Assembly: GCA_047601445.1 (NCBI GenBank)
Contig: JASGJH010000001.1
Span: forward strand, 4,064,001 to 4,128,000
Direction: 5' to 3'
Source of the DNA: Myxococcales bacterium
GTDB lineage: Bacteria > Myxococcota_A > Polyangia > Polyangiales > DASUME01
Length of the DNA stretch: 64,000 nt
Both the position numbers and the translations under genes were made by a program. The notes under the pieces were generated by a model. The model was not told the DNA's origin, did not search any database, and was given only the letters and a program-made list of their open reading frames with translations. Every line of letters begins with the position of its first letter. Positions within the stretch are counted from its first letter, which is position 1. Positions 10,297-20,425 of the stretch are shown one piece after another.

Positions 10297-11082
10297 ATGG
10301 CTACGACTCAAGAAGAGAAGGGTGAGATGTTCCGCAAGCTGCACGAGGGCCCCCCCTTCGTGATCGCCAATGCGTGGGACGGCGGCTCGGCGCGCGTGCT
10401 GGCCGCGGTCGGCTTCCAGGCCCTCGCCACGTCGAGCGGGGCATCGGCCGCCACACTCGGAAAGCGCGACGGCGAGCTCACGCGCGACGAAGCACTCGCC
10501 CACGTTGCGCTCATCGCGCGTTCGACCGATCTCCCGGTGGCCGGGGATCTGGAGAATGGCTTCGGAGTGGCTCCAAGCGACGTCATGGAGACCATCCGCC
10601 TCGCCAGCGACGCTGGCCTGGTCGGCGGATCCATCGAAGACGCCACCGGCAATCCGGAACATCCCATCCATGAATTCGATCTCGCCGTGGAGCGCATCGA
10701 GGCCGCCGTGCAGACCGTGCGCACGCTTTCGGTGCCGTTCGTGCTCACGGCCCGCTGCGAGAACTTCCTGCGCGGTCGCTTGGACCTGGCGGACACCATC
10801 AAGCGGCTGCAAGCCTACTCCCGAGCCGGCGCCGACGTGCTGTTCGCACCCGGGCTGCCAGATCTGGATGCGGTGCGCGCGGTGTGTTCTGCCGTGGACA
10901 AGCCCGTCAACTTCATGGTCGCCATTCGCGGCAAGTCGTTCTCGGTGCGCGAGCTGGCAGACGCAGGCGTGCAGCGCATCAGCCTGGCAGGGTCGCTCTA
11001 CCGTGCGGCGCTGGCGAGTGTGCGCGAAGCCGCCCTGGAGGTCATGCGGGACGGAACCTTCGGCTATCTCGAGCGCAGCTGA
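10297..11082 (+). CDS. Isocitrate lyase/phosphoenolpyruvate mutase family protein
   Basis: FRKLH...NAWDGGSAR, ATSSGA, DLENGFG, GGSIED, ARCENFL, AGADVLFAPG. RBS AGGAGG. Confidence 0.9.
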   Translation: MATTQEEKGEMFRKLHEGPPFVIANAWDGGSARVLAAVGFQALATSSGASAATLGKRDGELTRDEALAHVALIARSTDLPVAGDLENGFGVAPSDVMETIRLASDAGLVGGSIEDATGNPEHPIHEFDLAVERIEAAVQTVRTLSVPFVLTARCENFLRGRLDLADTIKRLQAYSRAGADVLFAPGLPDLDAVRAVCSAVDKPVNFMVAIRGKSFSVRELADAGVQRISLAGSLYRAALASVREAALEVMRDGTFGYLERS

Positions 11083-11087
11083 GAGTT

Positions 11088-11576
11088 CTAGCGCTGCGTC
11101 GGCGCCCTCTGTTCGAAGGCGGCGATGGCGTCCACGAACGCGGACGGCACGGGCACGGGGTTCCGCGACTCGAGCGAGGCGGTCACGTACACCAGACTGC
11201 CGATCACCAGCAGCTCTTCGCCTCGATATACCGCGAGCTCCGCGGTCAGGCTCGTGCGCCCGATCCGTGCCACGCGCACCGCGACCTGAAGCTCGTCGTC
11301 ATAGCGCGCCGATGCACGGAAGGTCGCGTTGGCACTGACCGCGAACAGGTCGCAGCCTGCCGTGCTGAGACCGCCCGGGTAGGCGTAGCCAATGGCCCGC
11401 ATGTACTCGCTGAACGCGACGTCGAAGTACATGAAGTAGTTCGGGTTGAACACGATGCCTTGCGGATCGAGCTCCGCCCAGCGCACGCGCAGCGGGTGGA
11501 AGAAGACAAACTGCGAGCGACGAATGAGCTCGTCCTCTCGAGATGCTTTGGGTGGGATCGAGCCGGTGTCTTCCAT
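11088..11576 (-). CDS. Acyl-CoA thioesterase (YbgC/4HBT hot-dog family)
   Basis: RVRWAELDPQGIVFNPNYFMYFD, ARYDDEL, RIGRTS. Confidence 0.85.
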   Translation of the reverse strand: MEDTGSIPPKASREDELIRRSQFVFFHPLRVRWAELDPQGIVFNPNYFMYFDVAFSEYMRAIGYAYPGGLSTAGCDLFAVSANATFRASARYDDELQVAVRVARIGRTSLTAELAVYRGEELLVIGSLVYVTASLESRNPVPVPSAFVDAIAAFEQRAPTQR

Positions 11577-11617
11577 GGGCGAGGAATATGCCACCAGATC
11601 CCGCGACGCGCCGGCGC

Positions 11618-12091
11618 CTAGCGCGCGCCAGTGGAGCGTTCGCGCTCTCCCAGAGCCGAGCAGAACGCCAATACGATAGCCGTGAGGAGCGAGAGCCCCG
11701 CCCCCCAGCTCGCGCGCACAACACGCACGGCCCCCGGAACATCGGACACGGGTCCACCGTGCTCCGGAGTGAGCTCGGCAATGTGCGCCGCGTAGTACCA
11801 AAACGAAGTCGCCGCGAAGAGCGCGACCAGCGCCAGGAAGATCATCACGCGCGGAGCGGCCCGGGCACGCGGGCGCATGCTCCTCGAGCTCGACGAGTCG
11901 TGCAGTGCCTTGCGCATCAAGTAGAAGATGGGCCCGAGTACGGCTCCGGCGAATCCCCAGGCCGCGCTCAGGAAGATGTCGTTGTGGGAATGCCCACCTC
12001 CCGCCACCCCCATCGCGGCCCCGATCCACAGGCTGCCTGCGAAGAAGCCTGCGGGAACGGATAGGACGAAGTACAAGAATGTCCAAAGCAT
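11618..12091 (-). CDS. Hypothetical membrane protein (about 4 TM)
   Basis: Hydrophobic segments from MLWTFLYFVLSVPAGFF onward. Confidence 0.55.
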   Translation of the reverse strand: MLWTFLYFVLSVPAGFFAGSLWIGAAMGVAGGGHSHNDIFLSAAWGFAGAVLGPIFYLMRKALHDSSSSRSMRPRARAAPRVMIFLALVALFAATSFWYYAAHIAELTPEHGGPVSDVPGAVRVVRASWGAGLSLLTAIVLAFCSALGERERSTGAR

Positions 12092-12217
12092 GGAGCAGAA
12101 ATCTACAGGAGTAAGGTGAGCCTTGCGACCTTGCTGCGTAAGGGGTCCAGGTACGGCGCACCCCGCTTTCTCGGCCTGGGGAATGCGCCGGTTCCTTCGG
12201 GTCGTTCCGTAGTCCGG

Positions 12218-12775
12218 ATGCGACATTGGGTTTGGCTTGCGATGGCCGGCATGACGCTCGGCTGTGGAGACGACAAGGGTGCAAAGCGCGCCCCCGATAG
12301 TTCGAACGACGCGCCCCCTCCGGCCTGCGACGAGATGGAATGCTCGAACGTGCTCTGGGTGAAGGTGACGTCCGACGCGGGGTGGGATCCTGGCGGCAAT
12401 TCCCTGATGCTCATGGTCGACGGTGAGCCAGTCCAATGCGTCCTGGACGACACCCCTTCCGAGGTGGCCTTGCGGCGGTACGATGCCACGTGCGTCCCCG
12501 CAGAGACCCAGGACGGCCGCATCGACGTCTTTGCTTCGCAAGTCTACGCCTGCGCGCCGAGCACCGATGGCGGCGTCTCCGATTGCGGGGAAACTCCCGC
12601 CCACTTCGACTTGCAGGTCCTCGTGCAGGGGACGCCTCGCATGCTCGATATGACCCTCGAGAGCGCCGGTGAGATCATCTTCTCGGGCAGCTACGCTCCC
12701 CAATACGCACCGCCCTCCGGCGACTGGGGGTGCCTGCGCTTCTGCCTCTACGGGCGCATCGAGGCATCCTTCTAG
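12218..12775 (+). CDS. Hypothetical lipoprotein
   Basis: MRHWVWLAMAGMTLGCGDD lipobox-like start. Confidence 0.6.
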   Translation: MRHWVWLAMAGMTLGCGDDKGAKRAPDSSNDAPPPACDEMECSNVLWVKVTSDAGWDPGGNSLMLMVDGEPVQCVLDDTPSEVALRRYDATCVPAETQDGRIDVFASQVYACAPSTDGGVSDCGETPAHFDLQVLVQGTPRMLDMTLESAGEIIFSGSYAPQYAPPSGDWGCLRFCLYGRIEASF

Positions 12776-12793
12776 CGAACGCCAGCGCGAACC

Positions 12794-13408
12794 TCACCGT
12801 GCGGGCGGGCACATCGCCCCGGGGTCGTCTGCGCATCCGCCGTAGCAGACCCACTCCTTGGTCGTGGTATCGCACAGGCACTTCTCGGCGTTGCAGGCGT
12901 AGTTGCAGGCAGCGTCCTGGCACTTGAAGGTGCAGCCGAGCGGCGCGGGCTCCACGCAGCCCGCCTCGGCGCAGAGATTGGCGCAGCAGTCGAGTCGTTC
13001 ACAGCCGGATGCGCAGATGGCGCCGCGCACGCAGATCATGCTGCTGCCACAGACGTCCTCCACGCACTGGGTGGGCGGACCGCATTCACAGGTCAAGCAT
13101 CCGTTGCGACTCAGGTAGGTCCAGCCCGGCTTGCAGGCAACGCACGCAGAGTGCGCGGGACACATGGTGCACTCCCCGTCGGTGCACAGCGCGCTTTCTC
13201 CACAATCGGTGTCGTCTTTGCAACGGTCACCCTGAGGCTGGCCCGCATCCACCTCGTCCGGCACCATCATTTGTCCGTCGAGCGCGGGCTTGCCAGCCCC
13301 AGCATCGTCCGCCGAGAGCAGCTCACGCGTGGGGCTGACGCAGGAGAACGCGAGAGGAAAGAACAGCAGTCCGAGCGGCCTCGACCAAGCACGTGCGATT
13401 GAACTCAT
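12794..13408 (-). CDS. Cys-rich lipoprotein
   Basis: MSSIARAWSRPLGLLFFPLAFSC followed by more than 20 Cys. ATGA overlap with the upstream gene. Confidence 0.7.
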   Translation of the reverse strand: MSSIARAWSRPLGLLFFPLAFSCVSPTRELLSADDAGAGKPALDGQMMVPDEVDAGQPQGDRCKDDTDCGESALCTDGECTMCPAHSACVACKPGWTYLSRNGCLTCECGPPTQCVEDVCGSSMICVRGAICASGCERLDCCANLCAEAGCVEPAPLGCTFKCQDAACNYACNAEKCLCDTTTKEWVCYGGCADDPGAMCPPAR

Positions 13409-14409
13409 GGTTGCACCGCGGCATCGAGTCGAAGCCCCACGAAGGGCCCGTGCAGGGAGCTCACCAACTCGCCAAACGAGCGCGCACTCGGGCCATGGGC
13501 CAATCCCCCCACGGCCGATAACTCGAAGGCCACGGATGCCGCGCTGACGCGCGCCGAGATCACGAGGCTGCCGGACGCCACGGGAGCCTCGTAGCCCTTC
13601 CCCACCACATGCTCCACGTTTCCTCGCCCCGAAAGTTGCCCCTGGCCCACGCCGAGCTCGAGGCTCGCACAGGACTGCAGCACGGACTTGCCAACGCAGG
13701 CAACTGTCACCCCCGCATTTGCGGTGAACATACGCGCCCGGATCTCTCCGCCCGTGGTCTGCGTGGCGCCCTGCGCGAACGAGCCGCCCAGTGAAATGGG
13801 ACCGAGACCAAAGCGAACCTGCCCTCCGAAGAGCAGCGTGTCCTCGAGCGTGAAGAACACCAAGTGTCCCCCTGCGCCGATCTCGAACCAACGTGAAAAT
13901 TCCGTGCGCTGCCAGAGCGCACGCCGAAACGCACGGCGACGGCTCACAGTGGGCTCGGTGACCCACGCCTTCTCCCTTTCGCGCTGCGCGGAGTTGGCGT
14001 CCGTCTTGGGCTCCTGCGTCGACTCGGTGGGAGCCGTGGGCGCCTCGGACTGGGAATCTTGTCTCTCGCCTGCCCCGCCCGGAATCAACTCTGCCCATAA
14101 CAATGCCAGCGTTCGTGCCCGGATCTCGTCGGGTATGTCCGTCAGATGTGCGCGGGCGCTGCCGACGACCTCGCCTTCGCGCGTACTGACCTGGAGCTCC
14201 GTGGGCACCTCGGGTGAGCAGGCAAAGGTCGCCGTGAATCGATAGTCGGCTGCGCGCGCAGGCAGCTCGACCTCGAGCGCACTCTCGATGGCAGCGCGCT
14301 CCCAGCCATGGTCACAGCCGCGCAGCTCGAGCCCTACGAACGAAGCCCTGGCTCGATCGGCCGTGAACAACGCCAACGCAAGCACACCCAAGGAACGCGA
14401 GAGCCTCAA
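13405..14409 (-). CDS. Exported protein with probable C-terminal beta-barrel-like domain (ECF cassette partner)
   Basis: Signal peptide, Gly/aromatic-rich alternating C-terminal strands, overlapping stops/starts with both neighbours. Confidence 0.6.
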   Translation of the reverse strand: MRLSRSLGVLALALFTADRARASFVGLELRGCDHGWERAAIESALEVELPARAADYRFTATFACSPEVPTELQVSTREGEVVGSARAHLTDIPDEIRARTLALLWAELIPGGAGERQDSQSEAPTAPTESTQEPKTDANSAQREREKAWVTEPTVSRRRAFRRALWQRTEFSRWFEIGAGGHLVFFTLEDTLLFGGQVRFGLGPISLGGSFAQGATQTTGGEIRARMFTANAGVTVACVGKSVLQSCASLELGVGQGQLSGRGNVEHVVGKGYEAPVASGSLVISARVSAASVAFELSAVGGLAHGPSARSFGELVSSLHGPFVGLRLDAAVQP

Positions 14410-15594
14410 GGGGCCTCACTCAAGACGAACGTCATCTGGCCGCGAAAGCGCCCACGTGGATAGCGCTCGAGATAGGCACGTGCGGCGCGCAATGCCTCGT
14501 CGCGCATGCCGCGGCGCTGCTCGGCCTCCACCAAGCGCACGAGGGCGTGCTCGGCCAAGGGAGCGTTGGGCACGTCTGCGACCAAGCGAAAATGGGCGGC
14601 GGCCAGATCGGGTCGGTCCAGGGCGTCGAGCTCGAGCTTGCCAAGGGTGAACGCCGCGAGTTGAGCCTGCGGGCCCGCGGGTTCTCGCCGCAAGAGCTCG
14701 CGCAGCCCGTCCGCCGCGCGCGCGGGGTCGCCGGCTCGACGCGCCGCATCGGACTGGCGCCACAGAATCCTCGCCGGCGGGGTCGACAACCACGCCGGTG
14801 GCCCGAGCGCCGCGCGTGCTCACGGCGCGCGCTTGGGGCGCGTGTGATCGACGCGATGCCAGCGCGGGTGAAATCTGCTCCTCCCCGTGTTCGTCCGCGT
14901 ACCCGTCAGACGTGGTCGAACGCGTGCGCGCTACAACCTCATCCGCAACCACGGACGCTGCAGACACGGGCTCCACATTCACGGCCGCTGCTGTCTCGAC
15001 CTCGGGGCTCTGCACCAGGATGCTCTTGCCCGCCGACAGGCGCACCACGCGCTCCGGCACGCGCTCGCCGCGCACGAGCACCACGCCACGCTCCACGTGC
15101 ACCCGCACCTGATCTGCCTCGCGATCGACGCTGAACTTGGTGCCCAACACCTGCACCGTGAGCAACCCCGCTTCGATGGACCAGCGCCGCTTACCGTGGG
15201 GCCGCACATCGAAGGTCACCTTGCCGCGTCGCAGCACCGTCACGAGCTCGGCGCCATCGTTCCGCACCACCTCGAGCTGCGCACCGGCAGCAAAGGTCAG
15301 CTCCGAGCCATCGTCCAGCGCATAGCGCACAGCGCTCGCAGCCTCTCCCAGACTCACCGGCAAGCGGCCTGCTTCGGCCAGCCCCAGCGGCGCTTCCTTG
15401 TCACGTCCGAGCCACGCACCGAAGGCCAGCACGACGCAGAGCGCGGCCGCCGCCACGGCCCAGCCCACGCGCAGCCCGCGCGCGGGAGCCTTGCGCTCTT
15501 CACGCAGCGATCGCCACACGCGACTGACGGCCAGCTCATCGAGCGCTGGCTTGAGACGTCCCACGAGACGAGGTGGCTCTTGCTGCTCAGCCAT
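14406..15594 (-). pseudogene. FecR-domain anti-sigma factor with C-terminal TPR, split by an apparent +1 frameshift (or sequencing error)
   Basis: TM + FecR domain (LDDGSEL...VQVLGTKFSV...VHVERGVV) in ORF 14416..15594. The TPR tail (LWRQSDAARRAG...YLERYPRGRF) lies in another frame, 14406..14789. Removing one base at about 14766 joins them as ...GEDLWRQSD. Confidence 0.7.
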
Positions 15595-16318
15595 CGCGCT
15601 CTCCTTTGCGCACAGTGCGCGCCAGGTACGTGTCGGCCTTGTCCAGACGGCGCTTCACTGCAGCCAGGGAGCAGCCACAGGCCGTGGCCACCTCCTCGAG
15701 CGAACAGCCCACGGCGTGCCGCAGGAGCCAGGCCGTGCGCTCCTCTTGCTTGACGCCCGCCAGCGCCCGCTCCACCAGCGCGAGCTCGGCGCGCTCGTCG
15801 GCGCCCAGGTCATCCATGGCACAGGCGGCCAGGTCCTCCGCGTCGTTCTTGCGACCGAGGCCCACCAGCTTGCGCAGCGGGTTCCAACGCAGACGCCTGT
15901 GCACGCGGCTGAGGGCGATCTGCACCAACCAACCACGCACTGCCTGGGGATCTCGGAGCTGGCCAAGCCGCTGAAACGCCAGAATGAAAGTCTCCTGCAC
16001 GACATCTTCCGTTTCGGCACGGTGCCGCAGGAGCCTGAGCGCCGTACCGGCCACCAGCTCGACGTGCCGACGGTAGAACGCCTCCTCGGCCCAGCGATCT
16101 CCTGCGATGACGCGTGCCACGAGCTCGGCCTCGCTGAGCCCCGGGGCGAGCCTCAACACGCCGGCCCCCGTGTCCTTGACGACGCGGGGGTCCTGAAGAG
16201 GCTCGACCAGGCTCGTTTGCAACGTTCGTTTGTCCACCGGAGCCCAAGCGCGTGCGCGAGAAGAGGGGGTGACCCTACTGTGGATCGAACCGGTTCGGCG
16301 CCGAAACGGCTCGCCCAA
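15587..16318 (-). CDS. ECF sigma-70 factor
   Basis: EDVVQETFILAF, WLVQIA, SLEEVATACGCSLAAVKRRL. True start probably downstream of 16318. Confidence 0.9.
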   Translation of the reverse strand: MGEPFRRRTGSIHSRVTPSSRARAWAPVDKRTLQTSLVEPLQDPRVVKDTGAGVLRLAPGLSEAELVARVIAGDRWAEEAFYRRHVELVAGTALRLLRHRAETEDVVQETFILAFQRLGQLRDPQAVRGWLVQIALSRVHRRLRWNPLRKLVGLGRKNDAEDLAACAMDDLGADERAELALVERALAGVKQEERTAWLLRHAVGCSLEEVATACGCSLAAVKRRLDKADTYLARTVRKGERDG

Positions 16319-16324
16319 AGTGCA

Positions 16325-17176
16325 CTACTGCAGCTTTTGCATGACACCGCACTTTTGCGCGACCAGATCATCGCAGGCGTCACCCGAAAGCCCCTGGGCC
16401 TTGCACACTCCCAACACCTCGTTCACGCAGGCGACCGCGGGGTCGTAAGGGGCGGTCATGACGTCACATTTCTGGCTCACCAGCAGCTTGCAGTCCGCAT
16501 CCGAAAGCGCCGCTTGCTTGCAGTAGTCGAGCACGCTGGTGCTGCAGTCTGGGGGCGGAGAGGGGTTCGCCAGGGCGCACTTCTGGCCAATCAATTCCTT
16601 GCAGTCCTTGTCGGGCAGCGCCTGCTCGCGGCAGACCTGGCGCACGGCATCCACGCAGCCGTTGTCCACGGGCTCCACCTCGAGGGTGACGCAGGCCTTC
16701 ACCAGCAGGTCCTGGCACTCGCTGTCGCCCATCTGGTTCTTGGTGCAGGTCTCCAAGACGTGGCTCGTACAGATCGCCGCGCCATTCGCCGGTTTGCCCT
16801 CCCCCCCTTCGCCCTTGCACGGGGGAGCCTCGTTCGCACAGAGCTCCGCGATCAGCTCCATGCACTCCTCGGGCGCCAAAGCCTGACACTTCTGCAGGGC
16901 TTCCTTGGTGCACTCGTCAGCCTGACCGCAGGAAGGCGTGGGTGAAGATGGCGGCAAGTACACGCTGCAGGCCTTCTCGTCCTTCCCGGCCGCGATGCAA
17001 TCCATGTACCCGAAATACGGCCCCGCATCCTGGGGTACCGGGGTTCCCGCATCGGCCGCCGGATTCGCCGCCTGGTCAATGGAATCCGCGCCCTCACGCT
17101 TCAGGTCATCGAGCGGACACCCTGCCAGGGTGAACAACCAGCCCAACATCAAGGCTCTCTTGGAATCGAGTCGCAT
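16325..17176 (-). CDS. Lipoprotein with five Cys-patterned helical repeats
   Basis: LFTLAGC lipobox. Repeats such as CVDAVRQVCREQALPDKDCKELIGQKC. Confidence 0.75.
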   Translation of the reverse strand: MRLDSKRALMLGWLFTLAGCPLDDLKREGADSIDQAANPAADAGTPVPQDAGPYFGYMDCIAAGKDEKACSVYLPPSSPTPSCGQADECTKEALQKCQALAPEECMELIAELCANEAPPCKGEGGEGKPANGAAICTSHVLETCTKNQMGDSECQDLLVKACVTLEVEPVDNGCVDAVRQVCREQALPDKDCKELIGQKCALANPSPPPDCSTSVLDYCKQAALSDADCKLLVSQKCDVMTAPYDPAVACVNEVLGVCKAQGLSGDACDDLVAQKCGVMQKLQ

Positions 17177-17606
17177 AAGTCCTCTCTGCCGCACGGCCCA
17201 TGGTGTCCACTGCAAGGAGCACCGTAGCGGTCAGGAAGAGGGAGCCAGGCTCGGCCGTGAAACGGCTCGCAAAAAAATACGGGGGGCCTTGGCTCGAGAT
17301 CGTCGCCGGCTTGGAACGAGCGGCCAAAACCTTGGGAGCGAGGCGCCGGGGCCAGTACCTGGACGTGGGCGGGAACGTGGACGCGCCCGTGATGGTGGCC
17401 GCGCTCGTGAGCTTGGAACGACGCCGGGACCGTGATCAACCGCCCGTGAGCGAGTGAGCGTCGGGCCGCATCGATTACCCTCACGATTGGTTCCGACTCA
17501 CGAGCCCGGCCACCATCACTGGAGCGCCAACGGCCGGTGCCACGCTTACGAACACGTTCAGGACTGGCGTACTGCGATGACAACCTTGATCGGTTGGTTG
17601 ACCTCA

Positions 17607-18483
17607 CTACGGCGTCGGCGTGGGAATCGTCTGCGGCGTCAGGTCTTCCACGAAGGGCACGTCGAAGCACGCTTCATCCGATGAGCTGCCCGTGGTCTCT
17701 TCCACGAGCATGGCCGTGAGGGTCCCGCTGCCACCTGGATCCATGGTGTCGAACAGGTCCTTCTTCTCGTGGAGATCCCACTTGGCCTCCACGAACGACT
17801 TGCTCTGCGGATCATAGCGGCCGGTCATCTCGCCCTTGGCGAAGATGCGCTCCCAACCGCCCAGTTGATTCGCACTGGCGCTCAAATAGATGAGCCGCAG
17901 CTCAAAGTCGATCACGCCCGTGGTACAGTCGACATTGCCCTTCAGCTCGAAGGTGTGGCCGTAGGAAGAAACGCCCTGCTTGAAGGTCTCGGTGCCGGGT
18001 ATGCGGAAGCACCCCCCGCCCACGGTGTAGAACTCGCCGTCGCCGCTGCGCCGGAGCTCGAACTCAATCTCGAACATCGGGTGGTCGACCATGCCCGGCG
18101 TGAGCCCGCCGAAGCTGGAGGCGCGCGAGCGATACATCCCCGCAAAAACTCCCTTATAGGTCCCGGCCACGCAGCGCGGCAAGGTGGTCTCGGCGACCTG
18201 ACACGCTTCGCACTCGCCGAACGATCCGTCGGCACAGGTGCGCTCTCCGTACTCGGTGTCCGAGCACTCGCAAACTTCGTGGTCGCCCTCTTCGCACTCG
18301 GCTTCACCGGCGTCGCCTTGAGCGTTGTTCGCATCGTCATCTTCGTCCGAACCCGCGTCGTCGCCTTCGTCGTCGCACCCCGGCTTGCCAGGGTCGGGAC
18401 AGCGGTAACCCGTAGACATGGGCTTGGCAGTACAGCCGGTCGCGAGCAGGCTCGCCCACATGAGGTGTGAAAGTCGAAGCATG
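17607..18483 (-). CDS. Hypothetical lipoprotein
   Basis: MLRLSHLMWASLLATGC, acidic linker, CEC...RTCADGSFGEC module. Confidence 0.65.
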
Positions 18484-18584
18484 CCCGTGAGTGGAATGGG
18501 GCTAGTCCGATTACGACCACCGTCTGCTGTGTCGGTCGATTTCACCCCACCGAAAATGCTCGTACATGATAGGACCGAGCGCTG

Positions 18585-19733
18585 ATGGGGAGCGTGAAAG
18601 GCGTTCTAGCTCGCGGCGCGCTGCAATCACGGGCCCTCGCCATCGCACTCGTCCTCGGCTTGTCATCGAGCTCACTCTCGGCACAGACGGTGCCGGGGAT
18701 CACGATGCAAGTCGACGCCCCCGAAGGCTCGTCGTGCAGCACGCCAGAGGACCTGCAGGCCGCCGTAGAAGCGCGCCTGGGCAAGCCCGTGTTCTCCGAG
18801 CCGAGCGGCGGAATCAAGCGCGTGCAGGTGCGCTTTGCGCGCGCGGGTCAGGGCTTCGACGCCACGCTCTCGGTGTTCGACGACGCGGGCGTGCAGCGCG
18901 GCACGCGCGAACTGCACAGCGAGTCCCCGCGCTGCCGAGAGCTCGATGCGGGATTGGAGTTCGTCATCGTGACTCTGTTCCGCGCGCAGGCGGACGCTTC
19001 CGCCTCCCTGCTCGACGGCGCTGACGCTGCCTCGGATCCCCCCATGGCACCCGAGCCCAATGCCGCTCCCCCGGCGGATCCGTCGGCGGACTCGGATGAG
19101 CAGACGATGGGCCCCGAAGCCTCGCCCCCAACGGACGCCCCGCTCTCCCCTTCGGCCCCCGAGGAGACGCATCGACATCGCGTACGCGTCTGGCGCAGGC
19201 CGGGGCCAAGTGAACCCTGGAAAGTGGGGTGGACCGCGGGCGCAAGTTGCGAGGGCATGGTGCTGCCGGGCGTGGCGATGGGAGCCTCGACGGGTCTGCA
19301 GGTCGGCCGGGGAGCCTTGCTACTCATCGGAGAAGCGGTGGGCTTTCCCTCGACCAGCCAGTCCCTCGGCGACGGAGCCTCGGCACGCTTCGCCACGGCC
19401 TTTGGCCGGCTCGCGCTGTGTGGAGGGGCCGGCGATTTGCTGGGCGGCCGACTCTCGTTTTGCGCCGGGGCCCGCGCCGGCATGCTCTTCGTCCAGACGC
19501 GCGGCCTCGACGCTTCGATGCGCGCGCACGCGCCCGCCTTGCATACGGAAATCGGTCTGCGTTACGAGGGCTTACGCACGCGCCGTGCTGGCTTCTACCT
19601 CGGCCTGCGCGCCATCGTACCGGTCTATGCAGCGCGTCCTTTCTACGAGAGCGGCGGCGAGCGCCACTACTACGCCGATCCCGGGCCCGGGCTGGGAGGA
19701 GACTTCGGCGTAATCGTACGACCCGGGTCGTAA
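18585..19733 (+). CDS. Exported protein with probable C-terminal beta-barrel-like domain (ECF cassette partner)
   Basis: Signal peptide, CSTPEDLQAAVEARLG, and the same overall layout as 13405..14409. Confidence 0.65.
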   Translation: MGSVKGVLARGALQSRALAIALVLGLSSSSLSAQTVPGITMQVDAPEGSSCSTPEDLQAAVEARLGKPVFSEPSGGIKRVQVRFARAGQGFDATLSVFDDAGVQRGTRELHSESPRCRELDAGLEFVIVTLFRAQADASASLLDGADAASDPPMAPEPNAAPPADPSADSDEQTMGPEASPPTDAPLSPSAPEETHRHRVRVWRRPGPSEPWKVGWTAGASCEGMVLPGVAMGASTGLQVGRGALLLIGEAVGFPSTSQSLGDGASARFATAFGRLALCGGAGDLLGGRLSFCAGARAGMLFVQTRGLDASMRAHAPALHTEIGLRYEGLRTRRAGFYLGLRAIVPVYAARPFYESGGERHYYADPGPGLGGDFGVIVRPGS

Positions 19734-19837
19734 TCGTCCCCGGCTACTTCCACTCACGTGCAGACCGGGCGGTTCGGTCCAAGCGGGCGGGTGATGCCCC
19801 AAGCGCGCGCGAACAGTCAAGGCAGGTACCGTTCGTC

Positions 19838-20425
19838 ATGCAGGCATCCGGCTCCAACACCTTTCCGCTCGAGCTCCGAGGTCCGGCGAGCGGTGTGAGC
19901 AAGGCCCAAGACGACAAAGCGTTCCACCAGCTCGTGGTCGAGCACGCTCCTTATGTATGGCGCGTGTTGCGCTCCCTGGGCGTCTCCGAAGCGGACCTGC
20001 CGGATGTCGCTCAGGAAGCCTTCCTGGTGGTCCATCGCCAGCTGCCGACCTTCGAGGGCCGCTCCAGCTTACGCACCTGGATCTACGGCATCGTCCTGCG
20101 CGTGGCTTCAGACTATCGCTCCAAGGCCTATCGCAGGCGTGAGCGTGCCACGGACGAGGTGCCCGACCTGGCCGCCCTCGCCGGACCGGAGACGGAGCTC
20201 CAACGCCGCGAAGCTTGGCTGCTGGTCAACCAGCTCCTCGAAGGACTCGACGAGGATCGACGCCAGGTATTCGTACTCTACGAGATCGAACAGCTTGGTA
20301 TGCGCGAGGTGGCGAGCATCATCGGTTGCCCGCTGACCACGGCCTACTCGAGGCTTCACTCTGCGCGCCAAGCGGTCCAGACCGAACTCCAAGCACGAAG
20401 GCAACGAGAGGAGGGATGCCCATGA
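19838..20425 (+). CDS. ECF sigma-70 factor
   Basis: YVWRVLRSLGV...DVAQEAFLVV...FEGRSSLRTWIYGI...TAYSRLHSAR. Confidence 0.92.
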   Translation: MQASGSNTFPLELRGPASGVSKAQDDKAFHQLVVEHAPYVWRVLRSLGVSEADLPDVAQEAFLVVHRQLPTFEGRSSLRTWIYGIVLRVASDYRSKAYRRRERATDEVPDLAALAGPETELQRREAWLLVNQLLEGLDEDRRQVFVLYEIEQLGMREVASIIGCPLTTAYSRLHSARQAVQTELQARRQREEGCP

